Shown piece by piece: positions 39,795 through 49,927 of a stretch of DNA of 64,000 nt; positions within the stretch are counted from its first letter, which is position 1; each line of letters opens with the position of its first letter. Below the pieces are notes generated by a model that was not told the origin of the DNA, searched no databases, and was given only the letters and a program-made list of their open reading frames with translations. Source of the stretch: an uncultured Gammaproteobacteria bacterium. Its GTDB lineage: Bacteria; Patescibacteriota; Patescibacteriia; UBA9934. Where the stretch lies: positions 7,687-71,686 of the forward strand of contig CAZREA010000001.1 of the NCBI GenBank assembly GCA_964599455.1, given 5' to 3'. The translations under genes and the position numbers were made by a program.

Positions 39795-40529
39795 ATGCCC
39801 ACTCTCTCTATCGTTATCCCTACCAAAAATGAAGAAGCCTTTTTGCCGATATTGCTTGAATCAATACAAAAACAGACACAACAACCCGATGCCATTATTG
39901 TTGCCGATGCAAAGAGTACTGATAAAACAAGGGAAATCGCCAAGAAATTTGGAGCAAAAGTCGTGGATGGTGACATGCCGGGTCCGGGAAGGAATTTGGG
40001 CGCGGCGGTGGCAACGACCGATCTTCTGCTTTTTCTTGACGCTGATGTTTCATTGCTTGAAGAGGATTTTATTCAGAAGGCATTGCGAGAATTTGAAGAG
40101 CGTGGGCTCGATATTGCGACGGCCGACGTTTTCCTTCCTGAAGGAGGATCATACGATAAAATGACGCATGAGTTTTACAATAAATATGCCCGGGCTTGGG
40201 GATCACTGTATCCGCATGCGCCGGGTTTTTGTATTTTTGTCACCAAAAAGTTGCATGATGCCATTGGAGGATTCGATCCTTCGGTGGTTTTTTGCGAAGA
40301 TCATGAATATGCCAATCGTGCGAGTAGAGTAGGGCGTTTTGGTTTCCTTAATAGTGTCAAAATTGCGGTCACCACCCGTCGACAAGAGCGTGATGGTCGT
40401 CTGAATATGGCGATCAAATATATGTTGGCCGAGATGCATCTTTTTTTCCTTGGACCCGTACGTCATGATAAATTTAAATACGGATTCGGGTACGATAAAA
40501 AGGTGATTGAAAAGATAAAGAAAAAATAG
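39795..40529 (+). CDS. Family 2 glycosyltransferase (GT-A fold)
   Basis: SIVIPTKNE...DAIIVADAKSTDKT...DAD motif pattern. Confidence 0.75.
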   Translation: MPTLSIVIPTKNEEAFLPILLESIQKQTQQPDAIIVADAKSTDKTREIAKKFGAKVVDGDMPGPGRNLGAAVATTDLLLFLDADVSLLEEDFIQKALREFEERGLDIATADVFLPEGGSYDKMTHEFYNKYARAWGSLYPHAPGFCIFVTKKLHDAIGGFDPSVVFCEDHEYANRASRVGRFGFLNSVKIAVTTRRQERDGRLNMAIKYMLAEMHLFFLGPVRHDKFKYGFGYDKKVIEKIKKK

Positions 40530-40556
40530 GGCAAAACTTTTGTTATACTAGGAGGC

Positions 40557-41132
40557 ATGCATCCTATCCCAGTTGAAATCGTGCCTTCGCATGTGCATGT
40601 ATCCGTCGCCGATCAAGCGTCTCTTTTTGGTGAACAATCGTTAACCATCGCGCATCGTCTGTCACAAAACGGTCAACATGCCTTGCATGAAACGGTTGAG
40701 ATTACCGGTAAACTCTTAAAGCGCTCGCTAAAATTACGAGTGCTAGGCCCCGAGCGCAAGCAAACGCAGGTGGAGCTGACGCCGACCGAGGCAAAGTTTT
40801 TAGGTATCGAGGCACCGGTAGCAAAATCAGGTGATCTTGCTGCGGCAGGGTCGTGCGTCATGATTGGACCTCAGGGAAAAGTAAAAGCTCAAGCAGTCAT
40901 CATCCCTCGACCACACCTGCATTGTTCTCCTGATGAAGCGCTTGCGTTGCGATTGGAAAACGGACAAGAGATCGCGATTGATTTGCTGCTCGATATTCCC
41001 CGAACACTCGAGGCGGTCATTGTTCGCGTACATCCTACCTACGAACTACGTTTGCATCTTCATGCTGATATTGCTCGCGAGCATTGGATTGCCGGACCGT
41101 GTTATGCCGAAGTACGACGCATTCATCGTTAA
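40557..41132 (+). CDS. PduL/EutD-type phosphotransacylase (two tandem PduL half-domains)
   Basis: HVHVS ... RVLGPERKQTQVEL ... GIEAPV..SGDL first repeat and RPHLHCSPDEA second repeat, matching PduL family conservation. Confidence 0.65.
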   Translation: MHPIPVEIVPSHVHVSVADQASLFGEQSLTIAHRLSQNGQHALHETVEITGKLLKRSLKLRVLGPERKQTQVELTPTEAKFLGIEAPVAKSGDLAAAGSCVMIGPQGKVKAQAVIIPRPHLHCSPDEALALRLENGQEIAIDLLLDIPRTLEAVIVRVHPTYELRLHLHADIAREHWIAGPCYAEVRRIHR

Positions 41133-41141
41133 GTATTTTTT

Positions 41142-42314
41142 ATGAAAACATTTTTTGCATTCACTTCTTTGTGGTCTCGCTTGGTTCTGGCGATGATGTT
41201 GTTTTATCCTGTGTCCATACATGCGGCTGATGCGGATTTAAGTATTTCTGCTGCATCCATTCGCTTTTCTGAAGAAATACTCTATGCAGGAGACGACGTG
41301 CGATTATATGCAACGGTGAGAAATTATAGTGACGTTGATATTTCGGCACAGGTTTTCTTTTATATTGGAGCAGAATTGGTAGGGAAATCGCAGTACGTTT
41401 CCGTTCTTGCCGATGGCGCGAGTGATGACGTGTATATCGATGTTACTATTCCCATCGGCGAATTTAATATTCGTGCTGTTGTGCAAGGACAAAGTCCTAA
41501 AGATACGAATGCAGCGAATGATGAAGCGGTAACGGGAACATTTTTTGGTATCGCTGATGAAGATCGGGATAGTATTGCCGATGATGAGGATAATTGTGTG
41601 GAAGATGACAACAGTGATCAAGCTGATAGTGATGGAGATGATGAGGGCGATGTGTGCGATAACGATCGTGATGGCGATGAGGTGGAAAATAGTATAGATG
41701 CATTTCCCGATGATCCAACAAAAACGCAAAACACCCCCTCAGCTCCTGTAACCGCTTCTCAAGAAGAGATTCCTTCGACACCAGTGACATCTGAACAAGA
41801 GACTGCACCAACGACTTCGACGACAACAAGTCCCTTACAAGACCAGGTTTCCAGTGCATCTGATACAGAAGATGACGCAACCGCTGCGAATTCTGTACAA
41901 ACCGCGATACTTCCTGATGCGATCACTGATGTGCTTTTTGGCTACGGTAAACTCGAAATTTCTCCTGATGCGCAATTTACCTATCGACAAATTGATTGGC
42001 GTACCTACGAATTTTTTGCAAATCCCACACCGGGTGATGATGCGATCACGTATGCGTGGGATTTTGGTGATGGTGCAACTTCGGCACAGCAAACAATTAC
42101 CCATTCTTTTTCGCATCCGGGAACATACAGCGTCACCCTTACCGCTGCTGATGATGCGGGAGTTGTTTCTGATGCGCAGTCTTTCACTATTTCCTTTTTT
42201 CATCTCCGTAACCCTTTATTGCAAGGGACGCTCGCCATACTCTTTTTAATCCTGTTTGGTTTGATATGGTTTTTGATGCAATTGCGACGACAACGTACTC
42301 GTGATGAGGTATGA
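41142..42314 (+). CDS. Cell-surface protein: signal peptide, CARDB-like N-domain, thrombospondin-type-3-like acidic Ca-binding repeats, PKD-like domain, C-terminal TM anchor
   Basis: DxDxDGxxDxxD repeat run; WDFGDGATS...THSFSHPGTYSVTL PKD signature; terminal hydrophobic helix plus RRQR. Confidence 0.55.
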   Translation: MKTFFAFTSLWSRLVLAMMLFYPVSIHAADADLSISAASIRFSEEILYAGDDVRLYATVRNYSDVDISAQVFFYIGAELVGKSQYVSVLADGASDDVYIDVTIPIGEFNIRAVVQGQSPKDTNAANDEAVTGTFFGIADEDRDSIADDEDNCVEDDNSDQADSDGDDEGDVCDNDRDGDEVENSIDAFPDDPTKTQNTPSAPVTASQEEIPSTPVTSEQETAPTTSTTTSPLQDQVSSASDTEDDATAANSVQTAILPDAITDVLFGYGKLEISPDAQFTYRQIDWRTYEFFANPTPGDDAITYAWDFGDGATSAQQTITHSFSHPGTYSVTLTAADDAGVVSDAQSFTISFFHLRNPLLQGTLAILFLILFGLIWFLMQLRRQRTRDEV

Positions 42315-43927
42315 TTCGCCGCTTGTTTTTAGCAGCAACCGAGAATGTGGCGAGCGCAGCAGCAATCGTCGGAATCTTTTCGCTTTTGTCGCGATTCATT
42401 GGCTTGGTTCGTGATTACATTCTTGTGGGCTCTATTGGACTTGGTGATACGCTTGATGCGTATTATGCCGCCTTTCGTGTACCGGATACGTTTTTTCAAC
42501 TCCTTATTGTCGGAACGCTATCTGCAAGCTTTATTCCTATTTTCTCTCATTATTTTTCGAAAGATCACGAACGGGCTTGGAGATATGTCAGTCACATGCT
42601 GAATGGCTTACTGGTACTTTTTACTCTCTGTTCGTTCTTGTTCGTTCTTTTTGCTGATGATATCGTTCCACTTATTGCCTGGGGCTTTAATCCTGATAAG
42701 CAGCTACTGACTGCATCGATGATGCGCGTGCTTTTTTTAGGACAATGTTTCTTTGCTTTAAGCATGGTATTTGGATCGGTACTGCAAGCAAGTCGTCGTT
42801 TTTTTCTGTATTCACTTGCTCCCATTTTGTACAACGTCGGTATTATTTTTGGGGCGGTCATGTTGGTGCCGATTTTTGGTCCATTAGGTCTTGCCTGGGG
42901 AACGGTGTTTGGAGCATTTCTTCATGCGCTTGTGCAGGGAGTGGGTGTGTTTGCGTTGGGCTATCGGTATCGTCCGTCTTTTTCTCTTGATCATGATGTA
43001 CGTAAAACACTGTTGCAAATGGGTCCGCGAACGCTCAGTTTAGCCATGACGCAAATAAACTTTTTAATCATGACGAGCATCGCGTCAACTTTTACTGCGG
43101 GTAGCGTGGCGATGTTGCAATATGCCTATAACCTGAATTTTTTCCCGATTGGCGTTGTGGCGGTGTCTTATGCGATTGCGGCTTTTCCTGCGTTTTGTGC
43201 TGCAGTACAAGAAAATAAAAAAGTCTCGCGAGCATTTGTTGATACGTTCTCAAGTACGGTGCGACAAGTCTTGTTTTTTATGGTGCCGGCAACCGTCCTT
43301 TTTCTTTTGTTGCGTGCGCAAATTGTGCGTTTGGTGTTGGGTGCACAGGGATTTTCTTGGGAAGCAACGATTATGACTGCTGATGTGTTGGCGTTGTTTG
43401 CCATCAGCTTCTGTGCGCAAAGTTTAGTCTACATTCTCGTTCGTGGTTTTTTTGCTTGCGAGAAAACGGCGATTCCTGTGGTTATTGCCTTAATAAGTAC
43501 CGGTATCAATATCGTTCTTTCATTTGTATTAGCTCCGATATGGGGACTTTTAGGTTTAGCGATTGCTTTTAGTATTGCAGCGGTCGTGCAATGCGCGGCA
43601 TTATGGGGATGGTTGCGTTTGTTGGTGGGATCGCTTGATGGTAGGAATATTCTACGTTCACTCGCGATTATTTCGTTTGCCGGTATGATTATGGCGATTG
43701 TCACACAGATCGCGAAATATGAAGTGGTGAAATACATCCCACTCACCACATATGTGGGTGTGCTGCTGCAATTTGTGATTGCGACCTCAATAGGAGGTTT
43801 TGTGTATCTTGGTATTGCAGCGTTGTTGCGTAGCCCAGAGTTAGTTTCTATTTTTGCAGGTTTGAAACGAAAAATGTTAAAACGCGCCGCACCAAAAGAA
43901 ATTCCTCAAAACCAAATCGGATCTTAA
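42311..43927 (+). CDS. murJ: Lipid II flippase MurJ (MviN), MOP superfamily
   Basis: 14-TM protein; N-terminal RDxxxAxxFGxxxxxDAYxxAFxxP motif typical of MurJ. Confidence 0.9.
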   Translation: MIRRLFLAATENVASAAAIVGIFSLLSRFIGLVRDYILVGSIGLGDTLDAYYAAFRVPDTFFQLLIVGTLSASFIPIFSHYFSKDHERAWRYVSHMLNGLLVLFTLCSFLFVLFADDIVPLIAWGFNPDKQLLTASMMRVLFLGQCFFALSMVFGSVLQASRRFFLYSLAPILYNVGIIFGAVMLVPIFGPLGLAWGTVFGAFLHALVQGVGVFALGYRYRPSFSLDHDVRKTLLQMGPRTLSLAMTQINFLIMTSIASTFTAGSVAMLQYAYNLNFFPIGVVAVSYAIAAFPAFCAAVQENKKVSRAFVDTFSSTVRQVLFFMVPATVLFLLLRAQIVRLVLGAQGFSWEATIMTADVLALFAISFCAQSLVYILVRGFFACEKTAIPVVIALISTGINIVLSFVLAPIWGLLGLAIAFSIAAVVQCAALWGWLRLLVGSLDGRNILRSLAIISFAGMIMAIVTQIAKYEVVKYIPLTTYVGVLLQFVIATSIGGFVYLGIAALLRSPELVSIFAGLKRKMLKRAAPKEIPQNQIGS

Positions 43928-43961
43928 TTTTTTCCGATTTTTTTCTGCTATACTTTCCCAT

Positions 43962-44753
43962 ATGCACAATCATCACCGTGATCCTGGCGTCCTGACGCAT
44001 TTCTTTCCCGGTGTGTTTATTGGAGCTGTCATAGGTTTGATTTTTGGAGCGTTTTTTATTGCCGACATCGCTCAAAACTCTTTGCGTACATATTGGGAAG
44101 TCGCACGAACAACGAAGCACGAAACTCTTCTTTGCGCAACATCATCAGATATTAAGATTGACATAACGCAAACTTTTTTTGACATACCAAGCGCCTTTTC
44201 TTTATCGCTTGGTGAGACATGGTTGGGTGAAATGAAAGGTGATCCTGCGAGCTATCATGTGCTCGAGGCTTCATCGAAATATGCGTATATCGGCAAAGCG
44301 CAGTCACCCGAAGGTATTTTTCCTTTGCAAACTCTCTATGCAGTTGATCTGTGTCAAAAGACTCTTGAAACAGTTCTTGACGGTACCGAGGGTGAAGTTC
44401 GTGTCATTGCTATTTCTCCAAACGCACAGCATGCATTCTTGGTGCATCAGGATGAAACAGAAAATCGTGAAGTGTTGGGGGTATATGAGCTTGAAACGGG
44501 AAAGATGTTTCATCTCGAAACTGAAACTGAGGAACCCGCTATGTTTATAGGTGAAGCACAATTTTCTGCTGATGGTTCGCAGATTGCGTATATACGTTTC
44601 AATGAAGCTATCGCTCAGATCTATGTGTGGTCATCTTTTCCTGAAACACGAACTGCGGAGTTATTCGATACATTTCCTCAACAAATAAACCAAGAACCTA
44701 GCAGCCACCGCCTGCTTCCTTGGGGACTCGGGCATGACCCTCGGTATCGGTAA
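43962..44753 (+). CDS. Hypothetical N-terminally anchored protein with beta-propeller-like repeats (TolB-like SADGSQIAYIRF)
   Basis: ORF track; single TM helix; weak repeat signature. Confidence 0.4.
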   Translation: MHNHHRDPGVLTHFFPGVFIGAVIGLIFGAFFIADIAQNSLRTYWEVARTTKHETLLCATSSDIKIDITQTFFDIPSAFSLSLGETWLGEMKGDPASYHVLEASSKYAYIGKAQSPEGIFPLQTLYAVDLCQKTLETVLDGTEGEVRVIAISPNAQHAFLVHQDETENREVLGVYELETGKMFHLETETEEPAMFIGEAQFSADGSQIAYIRFNEAIAQIYVWSSFPETRTAELFDTFPQQINQEPSSHRLLPWGLGHDPRYR

Positions 44754-44815
44754 ATCATTTTTCCATTTGGGAAGTGCTTGAAAGAGTATCGAATTTCCTT
44801 TAAGATACGGCCCTT

Positions 44816-46708
44816 ATGCCCAAATTTAAAAAATCTTGGATTATTGTAGGTATTGGCATTTTGGTCGTTGGCGGACTGGCTTTTGCCTTTTTCGGAGGAT
44901 CTGACGCAAGTCAGTACGAAATCATTACCGATACGGTGAAACGGGGAGATATTGTACAAACTGTTGATGTCACGGGTGAAGTTGAGTCATTGCAAGATAT
45001 TGATCTCTCTTTCGCAACTTCGGGAACGATTGGATCACTTCGTGTGGCGGTTGGTGACCGTGTTTCGGCAGGAGAAGTTTTGGCTACGCTGAATGCAAAT
45101 GATTTAGGCGCTGATGTCACTGCTGCACAAGCCGCACTTGCGCAAAAACTTGCCGGTGCCACCGATGAAGATATCGCTGTCGCTGAAGCTTCGGTAACAG
45201 TTGCTGAAGTTGCGTTGCAGGCTGCTGAGCTAGATCTGGTCGTACAGGAAGATGATTTGGTGTATGTAAAAAGTTCAGCCGATGCCTCGGTAGCAAGTGC
45301 CGCGCTCGTTGTCGAACATGCGCAAGCGGATATCGAGCGTGTTGTGGTTGATACCAAACTTGATGTTGCACAGTCACGCGAAGATCTTTTTGATGCGCTG
45401 ACTGATGCGAGTATTGCGGTGCGTTCAGGATTATCGGCAGCTGATACGGTGTTGGGTATCGAGAATCCCTTGCAAAATGATGATTGTGGTCAAGAGCTCG
45501 CAGCTGGAGATCCCGCATCCTTGTCTGCCGCTGAATATGCGTTTGAACGAGCAATGAAAAGTCGTGATTTGGCCGAGGAACTGGTGTATGCACTTACTGA
45601 CGACGCCGCGAATGATAATTTGGAGATTGCGATTGTTGCTGCTGAGAATGCACTGCACGATGCGTCGCTTGCACTTCTCTATACTCGCCAAGTTTTGGAT
45701 AAAACCTTTGCCGATTCCATTGACTGTTCTTTGGCTGAACTGGGAGTCATGAAAGATGATGTTGACGCTGCTCGTACAAACGTGCAAACCGAAACAACCT
45801 CACTTAATACCATCGTGCAAACGTATGAAACAACCCAGCAAGATGCCGAGACTACACAAACGAATGCCGAACAAGCGCTTGAAGACGCGCAGCAAGATTA
45901 CGAATCTGCAGTCGTAAAAAAAGAACGTGATGTAGCCACTGCACAAGCAGCAGTTACCAGTGCAAACTCGAGTGTCGCTGCACGTAAAGCTGATGTAGCA
46001 AAAACCGAAGCTTCGCTCGCACAGGTAGAGGCTTCTCCGCGAGCTGTTGATTTGGCTGCCTTGCGTGCCGATCTCTCTGCTGCTCAAGCTCGCTATGCGA
46101 AGGCAACGATCACTGCGCCTATCGGTGGTATTGTTACTGATGTTGCGTTTGATAGAGGAGAGCAGGCAAATGCGGGCACAACAATCGTGACAGTACAAGC
46201 CGATGCCGGGCAATATAAAATTCCTGTAAGCATTCCTGAATCTGATATCGCAAAAGTCTCCGTTGGAGATGCGGCAGACGTAACTTTTGATGCGTTTGGT
46301 GATGATGTGACGTTCTCTGCAACCGTCGCTTCTATAGATCCAGCTGAGAAGCTGATCGAGGGAGTGGTATTTTATGAAGCGACGATCGTGCTCGTGGATG
46401 AGTCCGCGTTCCCCCTTCCTTTTCAAGGAGGGGGCCAGGGGGAGGTTCGCAAGCAGGAGCTGCGCCCCGGCATGTCCGCCGACGTCACAATCACAACCGA
46501 AGAGCGCACAAACGCACTTTATCTCCCACAGCGTGCAGTACTTGAAGAAGAGAGTATGAAATTTGTCCGTATCCCAACGGATGATAAGGGGAACTTTGAG
46601 CGACGTACGGTAGTTACCAGCCTTCGCGCCGATGACGGATTCATAGAAATCGTCAGCGGCCTTTCCGAAGGTGAAGTGGTTATTGTTTCATTGAAAGAAA
46701 AGAAGTAA
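44816..46708 (+). CDS. Efflux-pump periplasmic adaptor / membrane fusion protein (HlyD/MacA family) with an unusually long Ala-rich coiled-coil hairpin (630 aa)
   Basis: N-terminal TM, biotinyl-lipoyl-like halves (VESLQDIDLSF ... TIGSLRVAVGDRVSAGEVLATL and ITAPIGGIVT), long heptad Ala/Glu/Asp region, C-terminal beta-barrel domain; upstream of ABC ATPase and FtsX permease. Confidence 0.75.
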   Translation: MPKFKKSWIIVGIGILVVGGLAFAFFGGSDASQYEIITDTVKRGDIVQTVDVTGEVESLQDIDLSFATSGTIGSLRVAVGDRVSAGEVLATLNANDLGADVTAAQAALAQKLAGATDEDIAVAEASVTVAEVALQAAELDLVVQEDDLVYVKSSADASVASAALVVEHAQADIERVVVDTKLDVAQSREDLFDALTDASIAVRSGLSAADTVLGIENPLQNDDCGQELAAGDPASLSAAEYAFERAMKSRDLAEELVYALTDDAANDNLEIAIVAAENALHDASLALLYTRQVLDKTFADSIDCSLAELGVMKDDVDAARTNVQTETTSLNTIVQTYETTQQDAETTQTNAEQALEDAQQDYESAVVKKERDVATAQAAVTSANSSVAARKADVAKTEASLAQVEASPRAVDLAALRADLSAAQARYAKATITAPIGGIVTDVAFDRGEQANAGTTIVTVQADAGQYKIPVSIPESDIAKVSVGDAADVTFDAFGDDVTFSATVASIDPAEKLIEGVVFYEATIVLVDESAFPLPFQGGGQGEVRKQELRPGMSADVTITTEERTNALYLPQRAVLEEESMKFVRIPTDDKGNFERRTVVTSLRADDGFIEIVSGLSEGEVVIVSLKEKK

Positions 46709-46741
46709 GGGCTGTTTGTAAGAACGCAGGCGTGAGCCTGT

Positions 46742-46770
46742 GGCTCCTCCTCCTTTTTAAGGAGGAGGCC
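46742..46770 (+). promoter_or_regulatory. Intercistronic hairpin GGCTCCTCCTCC-TTTTTA-AGGAGGAGGCC built from SD/anti-SD-like sequence, between the adaptor and ABC ATPase genes
   Basis: Sequence inspection; no downstream T-run, so it is not a canonical terminator. Confidence 0.4.
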
Positions 46771-46799
46771 GGGAGGAGGTTGTACCGCAGGGAACGAAG

Positions 46800-47474
46800 G
46801 TGAATATGATGTCTATCCGCAATTTGAAGAAAGAATACGTCAACGGTGAAGTTGTCACGCCTGTATTGCGTGGCGTTGATCTTGCTATTAAGCCAGGAGA
46901 ATTCGTTGCTCTGATGGGTCCATCTGGCTCAGGAAAATCTACGTTAATGCACATTCTCGGCTTTCTCGATCGCCCAACGTCGGGTGAATATCTCTTTGAT
47001 GGCAAGGAAGTTTCAGGATTAAGCGACGAACAGCTGGCACGCATGCGTCGTGATAAAGTGGGATTTGTGTTTCAGGCGTTCCATCTCCTTCCTAAAGCAC
47101 GGGTTATTGATAATGTCATCCTCCCGATGATGTACGCACATGTCCCGTTGAAAGATCGTCGACCCCGCGCAGAAAAAGCGTTGAAAGCCGTTGGTCTTGG
47201 TGACCGAATGGATCATTTGCCTAATCAGCTTTCGGGTGGACAGCGTCAGCGCGTGGCTATTGCTCGCGCCTTGGTGAATGAACCTTCGGTTATTTTTGCT
47301 GATGAGCCGACCGGAAATTTAGATTCGGTTTCCAGTGAACAGGTGATGGATCTTTTGGTGCAGTTGAATAAAGAAGGGAAGACGATTGTGATGGTGACTC
47401 ACGAACCTGATATCGCCGCCTATGCCAAGCGAGTGATTCGCATGAAGGACGGTAAAATTGTTGAAAGCGCCTAA
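46800..47474 (+). CDS. ABC transporter ATP-binding protein (MacB/LolD-like ABC domain)
   Basis: Walker A GPSGSGKST, signature LSGGQRQR, Walker B IIFADEPT, H-loop. Confidence 0.9.
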   Translation: MNMMSIRNLKKEYVNGEVVTPVLRGVDLAIKPGEFVALMGPSGSGKSTLMHILGFLDRPTSGEYLFDGKEVSGLSDEQLARMRRDKVGFVFQAFHLLPKARVIDNVILPMMYAHVPLKDRRPRAEKALKAVGLGDRMDHLPNQLSGGQRQRVAIARALVNEPSVIFADEPTGNLDSVSSEQVMDLLVQLNKEGKTIVMVTHEPDIAAYAKRVIRMKDGKIVESA

Positions 47475-48708
47475 TATGCAATCTGCTGATCTCTTCCAAT
47501 CTTCGTGGCAATCACTCATGCGCAATAAATCGCGCTCGCTGTTAACGATTCTGGGCATTGTGATCGGTATTGCGGCGGTTATTTTGATGTTATCGATTGG
47601 GCAGGGTGCTCAGCAGCTCATTCTGAATCAAGTTGCCGATCTCGGTTCGGATCAAATATTCGTTGAGCCTGGTTCGGGTGATGCCGAAGGTGGACCACCG
47701 AGTCCCTTCACCGAACAAACCATCACCCTTGATGATGTTGAAGCGCTTCGTCGGCGCGGTCCTTTTTCTTTTGTTTCCGCACAAGTGTTGACCAACACGA
47801 CCGTTGAAAGTGAAGAGGCGAGCTTGTTCACTGATGTTACTGGCGTTGATCAGTATCAATTGGAAGTTTTTCCTGCTGATATTGAAATGGGCAGATTTTT
47901 TGACCGTGATGATGTGGAAGGATATGGCAAGGTAGCGGTTATTGGGTACGATCTGGCAAAGGATCTTTTTGGTGATAATGATCCACTGGGCAAAACAGTG
48001 ACCGTAAAAAATGCTTCACTTCGCGTTATCGGCGTGTTGTCTCCACAAGGAACACGATTTTTTTCTAACCTCGATGGCTATCTCTATCTTCCTGTCACTA
48101 CTGCACTTCGTGATGTATTGGGGCAAGATACGATTTCATACATTGCCGCACGTGCGACGGGTGATCTCGAACAGGCCAAAGATGAAGCGCGGTACATTTT
48201 GCGCGATAGTCATAATCTCGACAATCCCGAAGGTGATTTAGCAAAAGATGATTTTCTCGTTTCGAGTCAGCAAGATGCGGCTGACACGATTGGTGTAGTC
48301 GGCGCGGCGTTGACCGCACTTCTTGCTTCAATCGCAGCTATCTCATTAGTTGTTGGCGGTATCGGTATCATGAACATCATGTTAGTTTCAGTGACTGAGC
48401 GTACAAAGGAGATTGGTTTACGAAAAGCGATTGGCGCAACATCAAAAGAAGTGTTGCGACAATTTTTAGTCGAAGCAGTGATGTTGACCTTGGGTGGTGG
48501 AGTTTTGGGTATGCTCATTGGTGTAGGATTATCTGTGCTTATTGCGGCAGTGTTAACAAATGTGGTTGATGGATGGGAATTAGTTATTCCTCCACAAGCG
48601 ATCGTGTTATCGGTTGTTGTCTCAACGATCGTCGGTTTAGTTTTTGGATTATATCCCGCAAAACGTGCGGCAAAATTGGACCCCATCGAAGCATTGCGTT
48701 ACGAATAG
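47458..48708 (+). CDS. ABC transporter permease, FtsX/MacB-type (large periplasmic loop plus four-TM FtsX domain)
   Basis: MacB_PCD-like periplasmic region then the FtsX-like domain motif GIMNIMLVSVTERTKEIGLRKAIGA. Confidence 0.9.
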   Translation: MLKAPNMQSADLFQSSWQSLMRNKSRSLLTILGIVIGIAAVILMLSIGQGAQQLILNQVADLGSDQIFVEPGSGDAEGGPPSPFTEQTITLDDVEALRRRGPFSFVSAQVLTNTTVESEEASLFTDVTGVDQYQLEVFPADIEMGRFFDRDDVEGYGKVAVIGYDLAKDLFGDNDPLGKTVTVKNASLRVIGVLSPQGTRFFSNLDGYLYLPVTTALRDVLGQDTISYIAARATGDLEQAKDEARYILRDSHNLDNPEGDLAKDDFLVSSQQDAADTIGVVGAALTALLASIAAISLVVGGIGIMNIMLVSVTERTKEIGLRKAIGATSKEVLRQFLVEAVMLTLGGGVLGMLIGVGLSVLIAAVLTNVVDGWELVIPPQAIVLSVVVSTIVGLVFGLYPAKRAAKLDPIEALRYE

Positions 48709-48713
48709 GTACC

Positions 48714-49370
48714 ATGTCTTTTATGAAAATATTGCGATATGTTCTGATTATTTTTCTTATCGGAATAATTTGTTTTCTTGGAATAAACATCTACATCCTC
48801 CAATCAACCAAAAACACCATCGTCACCGATCCTGAACTTACATCCGTCATCATTGTTCTTGGTGCAGGATTAAAGCCCGATGGAACACCGTCGGATGTTT
48901 TAAGAGATCGATTGAAGGTTGGAATTAAACTCTACAAAGAAGGGAAGGGAACGAAGCTACTTTTCTCGGGTGATAATGGACAGGTGCGATATGACGAAGT
49001 GAATGCCATGCGGGTCTTTGCGCTCAGTCAAGATATTCCCGAAGAGGATATTTTTCTCGATCATGCCGGTTTTGATACCTACGACACGATGTATCGCGCG
49101 AGACGTATTTTTGGCGTTACCGATGCCATTGTTGTGACGCAAGATTTTCATTTACCGCGTGCACTCTATGTTGCTGAGGCACTTGGGATACAAGTGCAAG
49201 GTGTCTCTGCGGATTTACAGCCTTATCTTTCTCGAACGCAGCAATATGCTCGTGAATGGTTAGCTCGACCAAAGATATTCATCGACATTCTTTTTGGCGC
49301 AAAGTCGAAGTATCTGGGAGATTCCATTGATATTACTGGTGATGGTCGACTTACGTGGGATGAGTTTTAA
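48714..49370 (+). CDS. DUF218/SanA(ElyC)-family envelope protein with N-terminal TM helix
   Basis: VIIVLGAGL...LFSGDNG...EVNAMRVFA...DHAGFDTYDTMYRAR matches the SanA/YdcF core. Confidence 0.7.
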   Translation: MSFMKILRYVLIIFLIGIICFLGINIYILQSTKNTIVTDPELTSVIIVLGAGLKPDGTPSDVLRDRLKVGIKLYKEGKGTKLLFSGDNGQVRYDEVNAMRVFALSQDIPEEDIFLDHAGFDTYDTMYRARRIFGVTDAIVVTQDFHLPRALYVAEALGIQVQGVSADLQPYLSRTQQYAREWLARPKIFIDILFGAKSKYLGDSIDITGDGRLTWDEF

Positions 49371-49663
49371 ATGCACAAACGCCGCCCTGTACGAAGGGCG
49401 GCGCCGAAGACGGGTTTGGTTATGAACCGTCTTTGCTGTCGTGTTCAGGATGGTGGCAGCCTTAGAAAGGGGATCTCCCCGTTGTAGAAATCGAGTATGG
49501 CACGCGTATTGGGAGAAAGAGATGTTGCAAAAAGCATCTTTTGGCAAATACTGGTTTATCTTACCTTGCCCACCCAGCTCCACTAGCCCGCCTTTTCTCT
49601 GGATATTTCCCTAACCTCTGTACATTTTTTGGTTTTCCTGCTAGGTTCTAGCGGGAGGTGTTC

Positions 49664-49828
49664 ATGCGTCGGAACCAATATAAGAAGACTGTGCTCGGAC
49701 TTGGGCCGCTCGAAGTTGTAGCCATCCTGATCGTCCTTGCTTTTACGATTGCTTTGGCGCATCTTGCTGGCCCCCACGACTCGTCGTGGCGAGACCTGAT
49801 CCCGGCCGAGTGGTGGCGTTTTCTCTAG
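49664..49828 (+). CDS. Small single-TM peptide (54 aa) in the about 550-bp leader upstream of alaS; good SD GGGAGGTG
   Basis: Manual translation; not in the ORF track (<60 aa). Confidence 0.3.
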   Translation: MRRNQYKKTVLGLGPLEVVAILIVLAFTIALAHLAGPHDSSWRDLIPAEWWRFL

Positions 49829-49927
49829 AGCCTTTGGCTCGTATCGTGACCGTTCTGCCTTTTGCCGGACGGTCATGTTCCTTTTTTAGGGAAATTTCGG
49901 TATTCTAGCTCTCGACTCTTTTCTATG

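Noticed and set aside
43975-44000. Weak similarity (ATCCTGGCGTCCTGACGC) to the right arm of the palindromic element at the start of ORF 43962
   Set aside because: Only about 9 contiguous matching bases (CCTGGCGTC) and no partner arm. Too short to distinguish from chance.
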